A DNA stretch of 64,000 nt from Eledone cirrhosa (GCA_964016885.1 OZ024744.1:72788001-72852000), one strand, 5' to 3'; counted from the stretch's first letter, positions 1 to 12,555 are shown. Notes: generated by a model not told the origin, from the sequence alone. Program-made: numbers and translations.

Positions 1-821
1 TAGCTGCTAAAGGGTTCTCCCTAAAAATGAAAGGCAGGTTGTACGATGCCTGCATACGAACAGCAATGTTGCATGGTAGTGAGACCTGGGCATTGTGTGC
101 AGAGGATATACGCAGACTAGAGAGGAACGAAGCTTGCATGCTCCGCTGGATGTGTAACAGTAATATACGTGAACGGCAAAGCATAAACGAACTAAGGAAA
201 AAATTAGAGATAAGAGGGATCAGATGTTGTTTACTCGAGAGAAGGCTGCGTTGGTATGGACACGTGATGCGCATGAAAGTCGATAGCTGTATAACAAAGT
301 GCAGGGCAATAAAGATAGACGGTAGCCACGGAATAGGCAGACCTAGAAAAACATGGGATGAGCTGATAAACTCCGACCTCACACACTTACACCTCTCCAA
401 GACAATGTCACTGGACCGAGACCTTTGGCGGTACTCAGTAACAGAGAAGACCCGCCTTGCCAGTAGGCATCTCTAACAAAATACACCCCGTCCCGCCACC
501 ACCCCCACCCCATCCACACCACCCCGTTCTATGTCAAGTTAAGTTGGTGCCGCGCCATCCAGGCCGAAACAAATGAGATCGTGTAGGTGTCACGACAAAA
601 AAACACACAGTCCACGCTGTAATGTGGCCGTGTAGGCAACACGGTAAAAACCTCCCAGACCCACACTGTAAATGTGGTTGGTGTTAGGAAGGGCATCCAA
701 CTGTAGAAAACCTGCCAGACAGTCCTATGCGAGCAAGACAATCACTCTTGCCTCAAGTGGGACTACCCCCGTCCAAACCCATGCAAGCGTGGAACACGGA
801 CGTTAAACGTTGATGATGATG
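1..821 (+). mobile_element. RTE-clade LINE 3' fragment (subfamily B), cut by the window start
   Basis: ORF 27-476 has RTE C-terminal motifs ([26 protein letters not shown]). The 3'UTR ends in (TGA)n. Near-identical to 52079-53029. Confidence 0.92.
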
Positions 822-823
822 AA

Positions 824-1167
824 ATGTATGTATGTATATATGTATGTATATTTATATAAATGTATGTATGTAAATGTGTATTTATATAAATATATGTATA
901 TATATATGTATGTATATATGTATATATATTTATATATATATGTATGTATATATGTATATATATTTATATATATATATATGTAAATGTGTATGTATATTTA
1001 TATAAATATATATATGTATGTATATATGTATATATATTTATATATATATATATGTAAATGTGTATGTATATTTATATAAATATATGTATATATATATGTA
1101 TGTATATATGTATATATATTTATATATATATATATGTATATATACATTTATATATATATGTGTATAG

Positions 1168-1203
<36 letters not shown>

Positions 1204-1204
1204 A

Positions 1205-1235
<31 letters not shown>

Positions 1236-1545
1236 CATATAAGTATATATTTATATATATATATATATATATATACATTTATACATATATATATGTGTAT
1301 ATATATATATATATGTATGTATATGTATATATATTTACATATATATATATATATATGTATATATGTATATATATTTACATATATATATATATATATTATA
1401 TATATATATATATATGTGTATATTTATATATATATGTGTATATATATATATATGTGTGTGCTTGTATATATTTATGTATGTATATATATGTATATTTATT
1501 TATATTTATTTATATATATATATCTATATATATTTATATATATAA
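824..1545. repeat. (TA)n/(TATG)n compound microsatellite
   Basis: Directly visible; follows the LINE tail. Confidence 0.97.
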
Positions 1546-2030
1546 CCATAAAAGTGATGATAATTATACCCAATTAAGTTGTGCCTTTCTTTAGAAACAT
1601 TCCTGAAAGAATAGGTAATGCCTTTATAAACTATTATTGAATACAATTTTCATTTTATAAAACTAACTAATATAATTTTCTTTATAATGTATTATCATAA
1701 GTGATTGTCCCACATGCAACTAGAAACTAGACCATAATTTATTTAGTGTTAAATTTAGTTTGCCTTAATCCTAATTATAATTAAAACACTAGTAAATCTA
1801 ATATCATATCGGTAAACAAACATTTGTTGATAATTATCGTTTTTTGCTACACAAGATTATTATCATGCCTTTCAATGCAAATTTTTTTAACAAATTGCTA
1901 TTAACTTTCTTCTGGGATTAGAATTGTATGTGTATGTGTGTGTCTTTTTCTGATTAGTCAAGGAATAAAAGGCTGTGACCATGACCCTTTTTAGGACTTA
2001 CAAGACTCGTGAGGAACTTTTTTCTTTTTT

Positions 2031-2290
2031 CAGGTGCACTACAATTCATCAAAGGTGCATGTATAGTACATAGAATAATGTACAAATGTCAGAAAGTGAA
2101 CAGTGTATGAGTCATGCTATACATGTGTGCATGTGAATGGAGGGGATATATCAGGCGTAATGTTGGAGAATTTCAGGAAGCATGACAGTTTTAAATGATG
2201 CAGTGTCCTGGCAGCTAACAACTGATGCAGGGAGTTTGTTCCATGCTTCAGCAACTCTGAGCGGGAAAAAAAAATATTTCCGAAAGTCAT
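2031..2290 (-). mobile_element. CR1-type LINE 3' fragment
   Basis: Reverse complement matches 48421-48680 (e.g. agagttgctgaagcatggaacaaact; gtagtgcacctg). Confidence 0.85.
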
Positions 2291-2690
2291 CTTTTAACAT
2301 GTTTGTTTTGCTCTTCTACCTGTTCCAGCCATCCGGCTGAACCCATGCTGGGGGCATATTAATGAAAATAGAAAAAAAATCATAAACAAATCTATTTCAA
2401 ATAATAACAACACTACAGATATTTAATAACGGAAAATGAAGGGAAGGGCAAAGGTTCTAGGGTCACAGGAGAACGGGTAACCACAAACTGAAGAGCTGGC
2501 CTGAATGCTTGCTTGCAACAGTAAATTCTGCCAAGGACAAGAAGGCAGTGGTGAAGATCTATATGAAGTTGTGTGTGTGTATTCATATATTGAGGGCATG
2601 TAACGTGAAGTTACTGTAGGTTCATCCAGGTGAGCACTCCATGTTTAGGTTCACGTCAGTGGTGAGGTGTGGAGCTAGACAGAGTGTGAT

Positions 2691-2880
2691 ATAATAATAC
2701 AAGGATGATTTGTCAAGCCTTCATTACGTTTATTGATTGAGGCGTGTTTTGCTATTGATCAGCTCAAGGTTCGATCTGGCCCGACTCTGGGCCAGACCAA
2801 ATCTTGAGCTGATCAATAGCAAAACACGCCTCAATCAATAAACATAATGAAGGTTTAACAAATCGTCCTTGTATTATTAT
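2691..2880. repeat. ~190-bp near-perfect hairpin (arms ~92 bp, 6-nt loop)
   Basis: ataataatacaagga...tctggccc GACTCT gggccaga...tccttgtattattat. Confidence 0.93.
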
Positions 2881-2912
2881 TATATATATAGAAACAATTA
2901 TTATATATATAT

Positions 2913-3218
2913 ATCATCATCATCATCGTTTAACATCCATCTTCCACGCTAGCATAGGTTAGACGGTTTTGTTCATTTGATGCGGGAATGGTTGGGAGAC
3001 TGTTTTGCCCATATGGAAGTGTCTCTGGCAGGTTTTTTACAGCTGGATGCCCTTCCTAACACCAACCACATTTACAGTGTGGACTGGGAGCCTTTTTACC
3101 ATGTCTCCTACATGGCCACCTTACTGTGTGGACTGTTGTGTCATCAACACAGGAAAGGGAGGATGGGGTGGGGTGGGGTGTACATTGGGTTAAGAGGTGC
3201 CTACTGACTGTAGGTTTG
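2913..3218 (-). mobile_element. RTE LINE 3'UTR fragment
   Basis: (CAT)n tail plus ctggatgcccttcctaacaccaacc, the reverse complement of the RTE UTR motif. Confidence 0.85.
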
Positions 3219-3239
3219 TATGCATATATATATATATAC

Positions 3240-4228
3240 TGGATGCAGTAAAAACTTGTATATGTCAGCTGTGGTTTAAAATATTTAAAGATGGCGATTA
3301 TGACAAATCTGACAAGCCTTGCACTGGAAAACAACCCACTCTGAATGACAACCTTTTGAATGAGACTATTGAATCAGATTGTATATTCTTATATTATAGC
3401 TCCAGAGCTTTGGCGCATAAATTTAATGTGTCATGATCAACTATCCACGAATGTCTGAAACCAATTGGGAAAACATGTAAAGAGGGAATTTCAGTTCCAC
3501 ATGAGCTACATCTGCAGTGCTCTTCTAACCAGAAATAACCACCTAATATTTTTGCAGCACATTGTTACTGGTGATGAAAAATGGGTGTTACATCACAACA
3601 GGAAACGAAAAAAAAAAGAAACATTGGTTATCATGTAATGAGAGGCCAGTACCAACTACAAAACCAGAACTCCACTCCATCCACAAAAATCCTTGCTCTG
3701 TGTTTGGTGGAATATGAAAGATATCATCCATTACAAGCTACTGGAACATGGTAGGACCATCAATGCAGATGTCTGTTGCCAACAGCTTGATTGTGTAAAT
3801 GAAAAATTACATCAAAAGTGGCCTTGTTAGGGAAACAGAAAAGGTGTTATTCTCCAGCATGACAATCCATGTCCACACTCTGCAACCCCCCCCCCCAAAA
3901 AAAAAAGATCATTAGGTTAGGATGGGAAGTTCTTCCACTTCCTCCATACTCACCTGATTTCCATCTGTTTCGATCACTAGAACATTTTATAAGAGGCAAA
4001 ACATACAGAAACAGAGAGGAAATTGAAAACAGTCTTTCAGACTTTTTTTTAGGAAAGGAAATAGGTTTATTTGAATGTGGCATCAAAAAGGTTGCCTTCC
4101 CATTGGACTGTAGTCATTGAAAATGATGGTGATTACATTCTTGATTAAAATTATTCAGATGAATGTAGTTTATATTCGTTTTTATATCCTTTTTTGAAAA
4201 TTACAATTACTTTCTGAACACCCTAATA
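3240..4228 (+). pseudogene. Degenerate mariner (IS630-Tc1-mariner) transposase with right-hand TIR
   Basis: Motifs across frames: WFKIFKDGDYD, (S)VPHEL, IVTGDEKW, QHDN, PPYSPD, FHLFRSL. Ends in ...ctgaacaccctaata followed by TA. Frameshifted; no left TIR seen. Confidence 0.9.
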
Positions 4229-4230
4229 TA

Positions 4231-4297
<67 letters not shown>

Positions 4298-7200
4298 GCT
4301 GAAGAAGAGATATTATTTCGAAAATTAAGGATATTCAAATAAATTTAAGGTTTTTTTTGACTGACTAATATTGCTGACTAATTGTCAGCAATATCTTTTG
4401 CATTTGTATTTATATTCTATATCCATACCTGCATTGTTTTGGCCTTCTAACTCCAAACGTTTATACCTCATTACGCAATGCTTCAAGTAAACTACAATTT
4501 CCCCCTTTCCTTACACATGAGCCAGGCCTAGTTTACAACTGTGAAGAAACTTCCGGCTATCTGAAAGGCATGCCAAATAAACTTCCTCAAACGGTGCCTG
4601 AATAACATCATCCCCAAAACTATCAAAAACCTGCACCTACCAACATGCTTCAAATCACCAGGCCTCAAACGATCACTTAGCTACATACAAAAATTCTGCC
4701 TAAGAAAACTCATACAACACCTACACCGCATGCTACAACAACACATACGGACTATTTCCAGCCTAGTACCACAACTCGCTGAAACCCCAGAACCTCTGCT
4801 CAGAGTAATTTCCGCCATAGACAGGTCCTACCAGCATCGCCGAGATTACGAGAAAATACGCCTCAAGCAAACATTTCTCAAACTCAGCGCGGCTAACCGT
4901 CTTAACATCATCCCAACTCTAAGCACCAACAGAGGCGAACAAGACGGTACCAACACCGAACCTAGAGGCGCCCCGACCAACAACACACCTGACGCAAAAC
5001 ACCTCGTCACAGACTTGACAGGATCCCTCTCCCGAGAGGAATTAGACCTCCTCAGCCTGGGTCCCAAGTTCATATTGAAACAGAGACTGGACGACAAATT
5101 ATGGCTCAACATTAAAACTAATTTCTGTCGGGCCGCCTACCAACTAAAATGGATATCGACCCTCGGCAACAACACCACGGAATCTAACAAACTCAGATTC
5201 CTGATATACCAACTGGACCGCCCACTCTGTCCACCGCCTGCCAACCGCGAGCTGGAAGAAAAACTCTCAAGGCTAAAACATTCGTATTTAACATCTTACG
5301 GAAACAGAAGAAGATAGCCCCAAACCTCTCCAGGACACAACAACTCACCCTGAAGAACCTGCGGAATAGGGAATCCATTTACTTACCATCCGACAAAGGT
5401 AAAGAGTTTTGTGTCATCTCTCAAGCCACATACAACAACCTAGCCTTTGAACAGTTAAGCGACAACGTACTGTATACAGAGATCCCGGACATGACTGCAG
5501 CCCAGATCGAAAAACAGGCCAACTCCATCTGGTTTGACATCTGTAATGTTTGACTCCCAAATAAATTTAAGTTCAATTACACCACTAGAAATAGCAGACT
5601 GCCCACTTTCTATCACCTCATCAAGACCCACAAGAATAGTACTAAGACACAAATAAGACCCATCGTCTTTAGCATAGAAAGACCCCTATACAAAATCACC
5701 TGGCTCCTCTCCCAGGTCCTCAAGCCTCTACTCTCCACCTTTCCCGGGCATGTCAGTAGCTCCGACGAGGTCATACGTAGACTACACAAACTCCAGCCAG
5801 AACAACTTAAATTAAATAGATACGCCTTTAGCCTCGACGTTGTCTCCCTCTACACTACAGTCCCCACTCATCCAGCTGTTGATTTATTTACGGACTGCGT
5901 GGTCACAGAGGACGTCCACTGCTACGGCCTCCATCCGATGGACATACACCAGCTTTTGTCCTTCACAGTGGACAACACGTACTTCACCTTCCACCACCAC
6001 ACATACAGACAGACAACAGGATTACCCATGGGATCCAGCCTATCGGGCCTGCTGGCTATCACTTATATGAACCAGCTAGAATGCTGAGCCCTCAACACCT
6101 GCCATTCCTATGCTTTCTTCACCCGATATGTAGATGACATATTCATCCTTACATCATCCCGTGAAGAAGCGGATAAAATGTATACAACATTCTCCAGCAT
6201 GGACGCCAGTATAAAGTTCAGCATGGAACACCCCGATGACCGCGGATCCCTATCCCTACTGGACTTCCAACTCAAGGTAACAGAGGAAGGCGACATCCAC
6301 ACCTGCTTCTATAAAAAAGCCGCCATCAGGGACTTGTTCGTACATTTCAGATCGGCCCTCCCAGCCAGCGCTAAGTTCAGATACATAAGGAACGAACTAA
6401 CACGTATCCGGAACAAATGCACCGATGCAAGAGACCGAGACACACAGACCACACATTTCCTGGAAGTACTAAAACTGAACGGATACCCGACGTCCACCGC
6501 GAACCGTGCCAGAAACAACAGAGGACACCACACCCGAGGCACTAACACATGCTTCCTGAAGCTCCCACACTTCAGTGACGAAACAACAACAGCCATCCGC
6601 AGAGCTATCAGACGAGAAGGACTAGATATCCAACTAGCCCACTCAGGACCTTCTTTACGCTGACAGCTAACCAGAAGACACTCCACCAGACATGACAGCC
6701 ACTGCAGGTTAGCCAACTGCCCCATCATTGACACAGACCTATGCCACCAGGCTTACATCGTATACAGATTAGAGTGCGACAAATGCAGCAATTTCTACAT
6801 AGGTAGCACCACCAGACCACTTCACATTAGAATAAAAGAACACCTCAATACTAACGCTTCCTCATTTAAGAACCACCTAGTGAAATGCAAAAACCCCGTC
6901 AAAAACATAATAGTTAGGATAGAAGCTAAGGAAAGAAACCTCGGCAATCTTAGAATTAAAGAAGCACTGATTATAGACAAAACGTAACCACCAATCAATA
7001 ACAGACGAGAACTCAACACCCAATTTTTAACATGATAGAGCACCTAGCCCCACACTTACACCTCCACGTACCCTCTCTCACACACACACGCACACGCTTA
7101 CACCTCCACTTATTCTCTCTCCCACACACACACATAGACCAGTTTTAACATGATAGAGCATCTAGCCCCCACATTTACATATAAACATATCCTCTCACAC

Positions 7201-7545
7201 TCACACACGCATGCTTACACCTTCACGTATTCTCCCACACACACTTAAACATACATGTCCAAACCTCTTTTTAAAGGGAGACAATTCTTTATCCACCTAA
7301 CCTTCACTCTTTGACATTAGAAATAGAATGTAATTTCTATATCATTTCCTGTCAGCATGACTTGGCAAGCTAATTAGAACACTGGATTAACCCCTTTACT
7401 TCCCTCCGAAGAAGAGATATTATCTCGAAAATTAAGGATATTCAAATAAATTTAAGGTAAAAGACCAATTGTCAGCAATATCTTTTGCATTTGTATTTAT
7501 ATTCTATATCCATACCTGCATTGTTTTGGCCTTCTAACTCCAAAC
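4298..7545 (+). mobile_element. Penelope-like retroelement, near full length, with direct pLTRs (4298-4460 and 7405-7545)
   Basis: Disrupted ORF from ATG 4478 to ~7034: FLKRC..IIP, PSDKG, RPIV, SLDVVSLYT, GLPMGSSLS, RYVDD, then GIY-YIG (IVYRLECDKC..FYIGST..LHIRIKEH). pLTRs carry C(T/C)GAAGA-stem-GAAA. Confidence 0.92.
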
Positions 7546-7591
7546 ATATATATATATTTATATATATATATATACACACACATATATGCAT

Positions 7592-8709
7592 ATATATATA
7601 AAATAGAGGATGTCTGTCTATCTGTGTAAATCCCTAAAATTCGAAGTACCCAACCGATTTTTTTCAAACTTTACACATGCATTACTTATATTTCTTGAAG
7701 TGCAATGGGCTAAAAATATTGTAACTTTTTCTGCCCTAGGGTCCACATTAGGCGGACAACCGCATTTTTTAGGCGTTTTTAGGCTTTTTAAAGGCGTAAC
7801 TTAAACATAATCCAGCCGATTTCCTCAAAATTTGCAGCACACATTAGTCTGTCCCCTCGCATTGCTGTGGACGTTTTCCGATTCCATTAATGGTTTCTAG
7901 AGAATTTATAAATTAGCATTGGGCATTACATGCCATTTTCATTTTCAATAAAAACGTTACTTCAACATCGTAAGTAGCGTATAATATTTCGTTAAACATT
8001 TGGTTTATTTAACAGAGGACACAACACTTACTTTTAAGCAGGATCATTTTTGGGGGATTGAGGAAATGAGGAGGACCTTAAAATTTTTGTCGGCGCCTTC
8101 TTGATGCTTCGTGCTTCATCACGCACAAATCCGGGCCCTGTGTACGTTGCCATGTTATTGACACCGTAAAACTCACATCTGTGCTACTTCTACTAAGACC
8201 CCTTTTGTTCCACCTACACCGCAGTATGAACGCTCTGTGCAACCAGTGCCGCCTAGCATTTGTACTAATTGCACTATGACCCCCTTCTGCTGCAGCTGTG
8301 TTGCTACTCTGATTTCGTCATCTCAATATCCCTACTTAAACGTACATCCCTACTTGGTTTTCACACAATTGACTACGTCGCTCCTTCAGATGATGTCTCT
8401 CCGGATAACTGGCTGCGAATCTATAAAACTCGAAAAGTACCTAACCGATTTTCTCCAAATGGAAGAAAAGTTATACTTTAAGATTTAGTACACTTAAAGA
8501 GTATCCAGCTGATTTTCTTCAGATTTTGCACATGCATGCAGGTGTTTCACGATTCGGGCCTGCTGGTGTTCTACATTTCCAGTAGATGAACAATCATTCC
8601 TTGAGAATAATGGAATTCAAAAAGTACACAGCTACATTCCTCAATCTTTGTATATTCGTGTTGCTATTTCACGTTTCCTGCCCCGGGCAACGCCGGGTCC
8701 TGCTGCTAG
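7592..8709 (+). mobile_element. Non-autonomous Helitron
   Basis: 3' hairpin cccgggcaacgccggg (8682-8697) followed by CTAG|T. The 5' end is embedded in a TA run. Internal ccgattt..caaa repeats. Confidence 0.78.
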
Positions 8710-8731
8710 TATATATGTATAATGTGTGTGT

Positions 8732-9120
8732 GAAACACAAATTTAAATAATTTTTAAAACCAAACAATGCATTAGAAAAAAAATTAAATTGCTAAGATAA
8801 CAAACGAATCTTACCTTAGCAAATTTAATGATCCCAAATATTTCCGGGTTTAAAAACCCATTATTTTATTTATTTATTTTTTAAAACTTAAATCTGCCTT
8901 CCTAACAAGTCAACACCGGATGATCCTTTAAGTCTCTCCTAGGGATACTCCCTTGATAATGGGTTTCTAAATCTGAAAATATTTGGGATCATTAAATTTG
9001 CTAAGGTAAGATTCTTTTGTTATCTTAGAAATTTAATTTTCTTTCTAATGCATTGTTTAGTTTTCAAAATTATTTAAATTTGTGTTTCCTGTTCAACAAT
9101 GCTTCAAGCAACCTACAAAA
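8732..9120. mobile_element. Fold-back element made of inverted PLE pLTR copies (arms ~133 bp, spacer ~90 bp)
   Basis: 8732-8864 is the reverse complement of 8956-9088. Shares tgcattgtttag and atgcttcaagcaa.ctacaa with the PLE pLTRs. Hammerhead-like core at 8949-8988. Confidence 0.8.
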
Positions 9121-9130
9121 CTCTGATATA

Positions 9131-9607
9131 TATCATCATCATCATTTTATGTCAACTTTTCCCTGCTTGCAAGGGTGGGACGGGTCCTATTCAGCACAGC
9201 ATCTCTCCATTCATCACGGTCCTTCGTCATTTACTCCGTGAGCTTCAGTGATCTGAGGTTTGCTCTCACCACCTCCGCCCATATTTTTCATAGTCTTCCT
9301 CGACTGCGTCTTCTTTCTACTGGGATTTCTTGGCACTTCTTTACCCATCAGTCATCCTCCATGTGCACCACATGTCCATACCATCGCAGTATTCTCTCCC
9401 ACACACTTATTCCTCTTATACACAGTTTCTCTCTCAACACATCTATGCTTGGTCGTTGGCGCACATTGAGATTACACATCCAACGAAGCATGCTTGCTTC
9501 ATTTCTCTCCAGCCGTCGCATATCCTCTGCAGTTGCTGTCCATGTCTCACTACCATGCAGCATCACGCATCTCACACAGGCATCATATAACTGGCCCTTC
9601 GTACGCA
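9131..9607 (-). mobile_element. RTE LINE 3' fragment (subfamily C, short UTR)
   Basis: ORF 9348-9638 has [25 protein letters not shown]; (CAT)n tail. Confidence 0.88.
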
Positions 9608-9662
9608 CACACAGACGCATATGCATAAATATATACATACATATTTATAGATAGATATATGC

Positions 9663-9710
<48 letters not shown>

Positions 9711-9965
9711 GAGTATACATGCATACATACATAGATACATATATACTTACTTACTTTGAAGTAAAACCCCCATAGTGAAACTTATGTGTGTTTTGTACAT
9801 ATAAATATTATATATGCTTTCATATATGCCTCTAGCATATATACGTAAATACAACATTATATATGCTTTCATATACACCTCTAACATACATATATATATG
9901 TATATATATACACACACATATATATATATAAATATACCCTTGTATATATATATATGTGTGTGTGT

Positions 9966-10775
9966 ACAATAACTAGGGAAAGTACAATAACTAGGGTAAG
10001 AACGGGATGGAAGAAGTTCAGGGAACTACTGCCACTGCTAGCTACAAAAGGCTTTTCCCTCAAAATGAAAGGCAGACTGTATCATGTGTGTATATAAACA
10101 GCAATGTTACATGGTAGTGAAACCTGGGCGCTGTCTGTAGAAGACTTGCGTAGATTAGAAAGAAACAAAGCCTGCATGCTTCAATGGATGTGTAATATAC
10201 ACATAAATAAAGCATAAATCAATTGAGAGAGAGACTGAGCATAAGAGGAGTCAATTGCTGTGTGCAGGAGAGGAGGTTGTGTTGGTATGGACAGCTGCAT
10301 AAAAAGGTGCAGAGCACTAGAAATCAATGGAAGCCGCGGAGTGAGGAGACCCAAGAAGACATGGGATGAGGTGATAAAAGCTGACCTTACCCAATTGCAC
10401 CTCTCAAAGGCGATGACACACGACCGTGATCTCTGGTATCACGCAGTAATACAGAAGACCCAACCCCCCACAGGCACAAGCCGAAGCTAAAGCATATAGA
10501 CAATATGCCCCCACACCCTCATGGAGGTGCCACGGCAAAAAAGCACCAAGCTCACACGGTAAAGTGGTCGTGTAGGCACCATGGGGAAAAAAAGCACCCA
10601 GCACTCACAGTAAATGAGGTTGGTGTTAGGAAGGGCATCCAGCTGTAGAAATCAAGCCAGAATCAGTTCCCGTATGAGCAAGACAAGGTCAGCCGACCGG
10701 ACCCTGCCCACAACAGGACAACCCGTCTAACCCATGCTAGCGTGGAAGAATAGATGTAAAATGGTGATGATGATA
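9966..10775 (+). mobile_element. RTE LINE 3' fragment (subfamily A), degenerate
   Basis: Matches the 3' part of 13369-14905, including UTR and (GAT)n tail. Confidence 0.88.
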
Positions 10776-11011
10776 TATCAATGGCAGTTTATGAGGCAAC
10801 AAATTAAAGATACACATGATGGTCATGGCCTTCTGGCATTTCAAATATTTTCATTAATAACTTTCTTTGATCATGCAACATCTCCATTTCACCAAGCTAG
10901 GTTATAAAAGCTAATCTCATTAAATTTTCTTCATATATCTTTTACGGTCAAACTGAAGCCATTATTTCATTCTTAACAGTTTAGACACACATTTATTAGC
11001 TTTAGTCATAC

Positions 11012-11090
11012 TTCAGGGTCGAAGCAATAAGTCAATAAGTGATGTAGTGTTCAGGGTCGAAACAATAAGTCAATAAGTGATGTAGTGTTC
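11012..11090. repeat. 38-bp tandem duplication
   Basis: ttcagggtcgaa(g/a)caataagtcaataagtgatgtagtg x2. Confidence 0.9.
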
Positions 11091-11208
11091 TAAGATATTT
11101 CTTGTTGGTTTGAAAGAGATAGATTTAACAGTTGTGCTGCTACTCAGGTATGGTCAAGTAGACAGAGTAGTAGAGCTGCCACTATATGTATATGTGTATG
11201 TGCATATA

Positions 11209-11242
<34 letters not shown>

Positions 11243-11365
11243 GAAGGTGCATGGCTTTGTGGTTAGAAAGGTGGATTCGGAATTGGGAGGTTGCGAGTTC
11301 AGTTCTCGGACTGGGTGATGTGTTATTTCCTTGAGTAAGACATTTTAGATCATGTTGCTCCTTCT
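11243..11365 (+). mobile_element. tRNA-derived CORE-type SINE head, degenerate
   Basis: A-box tggctttgtgg, B-box-like gagttcagttctc, ccttgagtaagacattt; similar to the copy at 18466. Confidence 0.65.
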
Positions 11366-11568
11366 GCCAAGACAGTATCAGCAATGGAAAGACCAATGGA
11401 AACAAAAGTTTGATTTGATGAGGTTCACTCCACTCAGCAAGCGAATGAGGTTTGGGATTTCGTTGATCGATCAGAGCGAGTGATATATATGTAGATCTGA
11501 AGTTAAATCGATGGTAACCACACTAAATAAGGTACTCAATACATTGGTAGAGTGAAAACATCAAAATG

Positions 11569-11742
11569 TAATATAGAAATGGCTTCTACGGGACTAGAAC
11601 TGTTTCATTCATATGAAATTATCAGGAATGCCAGCAGCATATCAGTTAGCACCTTACTGTGCCACTTATAACCATTTCGACATTCCTGATGATTTCATAC
11701 AAATGAAACAGTTCTAGTCCCGTAGAAGCCATTTCTATATTA
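11569..11742. mobile_element. Fold-back element with hammerhead-like core (arms ~62 bp)
   Basis: 11569-11630 is the reverse complement of 11681-11742. CTGATGA(11686)-tttcatacaaat-GAAAC...GTC. Confidence 0.75.
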
Positions 11743-11790
11743 AAGAATATGTGTGTGTGTGTTAATGTATGGATGTATATGTACGTATGT

Positions 11791-11821
<31 letters not shown>

Positions 11822-12078
11822 CCTTTCAATGTACATTTTTCTATGCTAGCATGATTTAGGCGAGTTGTACTGCTGTGAACAATGCTAGGTCAGGTGACCA
11901 TGTCTTGCTCATACAGAACTGGTTTTGACTCTACTGCTGGATGCCCTTCCTAACACCATTCTCATTTACAGTGAGGACTGGGTGCTTTTTGTTGTGATGC
12001 CTACATAACCACTTTACAGTATGGGCTGGATGTTTTTTGCCATATTGCCATCAAGACTACTTTACAGTGTGGGCTGAC
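11791..12078 (-). mobile_element. RTE 3'UTR-derived fragment
   Basis: (CAT)n tail, ctggatgcccttcctaacacc, and 48-bp unit remnants. Confidence 0.75.
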
Positions 12079-12362
12079 AGCATCATTAAATGTATACTTC
12101 AGACTGTCCTATGATGGCATCCCGTCCCAAATGATGTACAGACACATATTCGGGCATTGACCAATCACCGTGCACACTGAGACATACTCCCTACCACACA
12201 CACACACACACAAGCTGGGAAGATTGCATGTGCTTATGCCCTTGTATAGATATTTATATATACTCATACACACATGCATATGTATATATAACCATATACA
12301 CACACACACACACTCGTGTGTGTGTGTGTGTGTGTGTATGGTTATATATATACATATATGGT

Positions 12363-12397
<35 letters not shown>

Positions 12398-12402
12398 ATA
12401 TG

Positions 12403-12441
<39 letters not shown>

Positions 12442-12555
12442 GTGCATACACATGCACAATACACCAACACAGTCATATAGTGTTGTGGGGTGTTGATGGC
12501 AGGTATGTGGTAGCAGAGGTGGGTAGGCGAAAGTATATGTATATGTGTGTATATG

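Noticed and set aside
1038-1594. Long Y/I/M/C-rich ORFs (also at 12109-13400, 15011-15457, 50925-52088, 52938-53633, 54694-55227)
   Set aside because: Translations of (TA)n, (CA)n and (TG)n microsatellites, not genes.
3240-4228. Domesticated SETMAR-like gene
   Set aside because: Multiple stops and frameshifts and no SET domain; an ordinary dead mariner.
4478-7034. Several in-frame TGA codons in PLE-1 (4562, 6085, 6661) as possible selenocysteine recoding, reported for some PLE clades
   Set aside because: The TGAs fall where Arg (CGA>TGA decay) is plausible. Conserved Cys codons are TGC, a TAG stop and frameshifts are also present, and no convincing SECIS stem was found.
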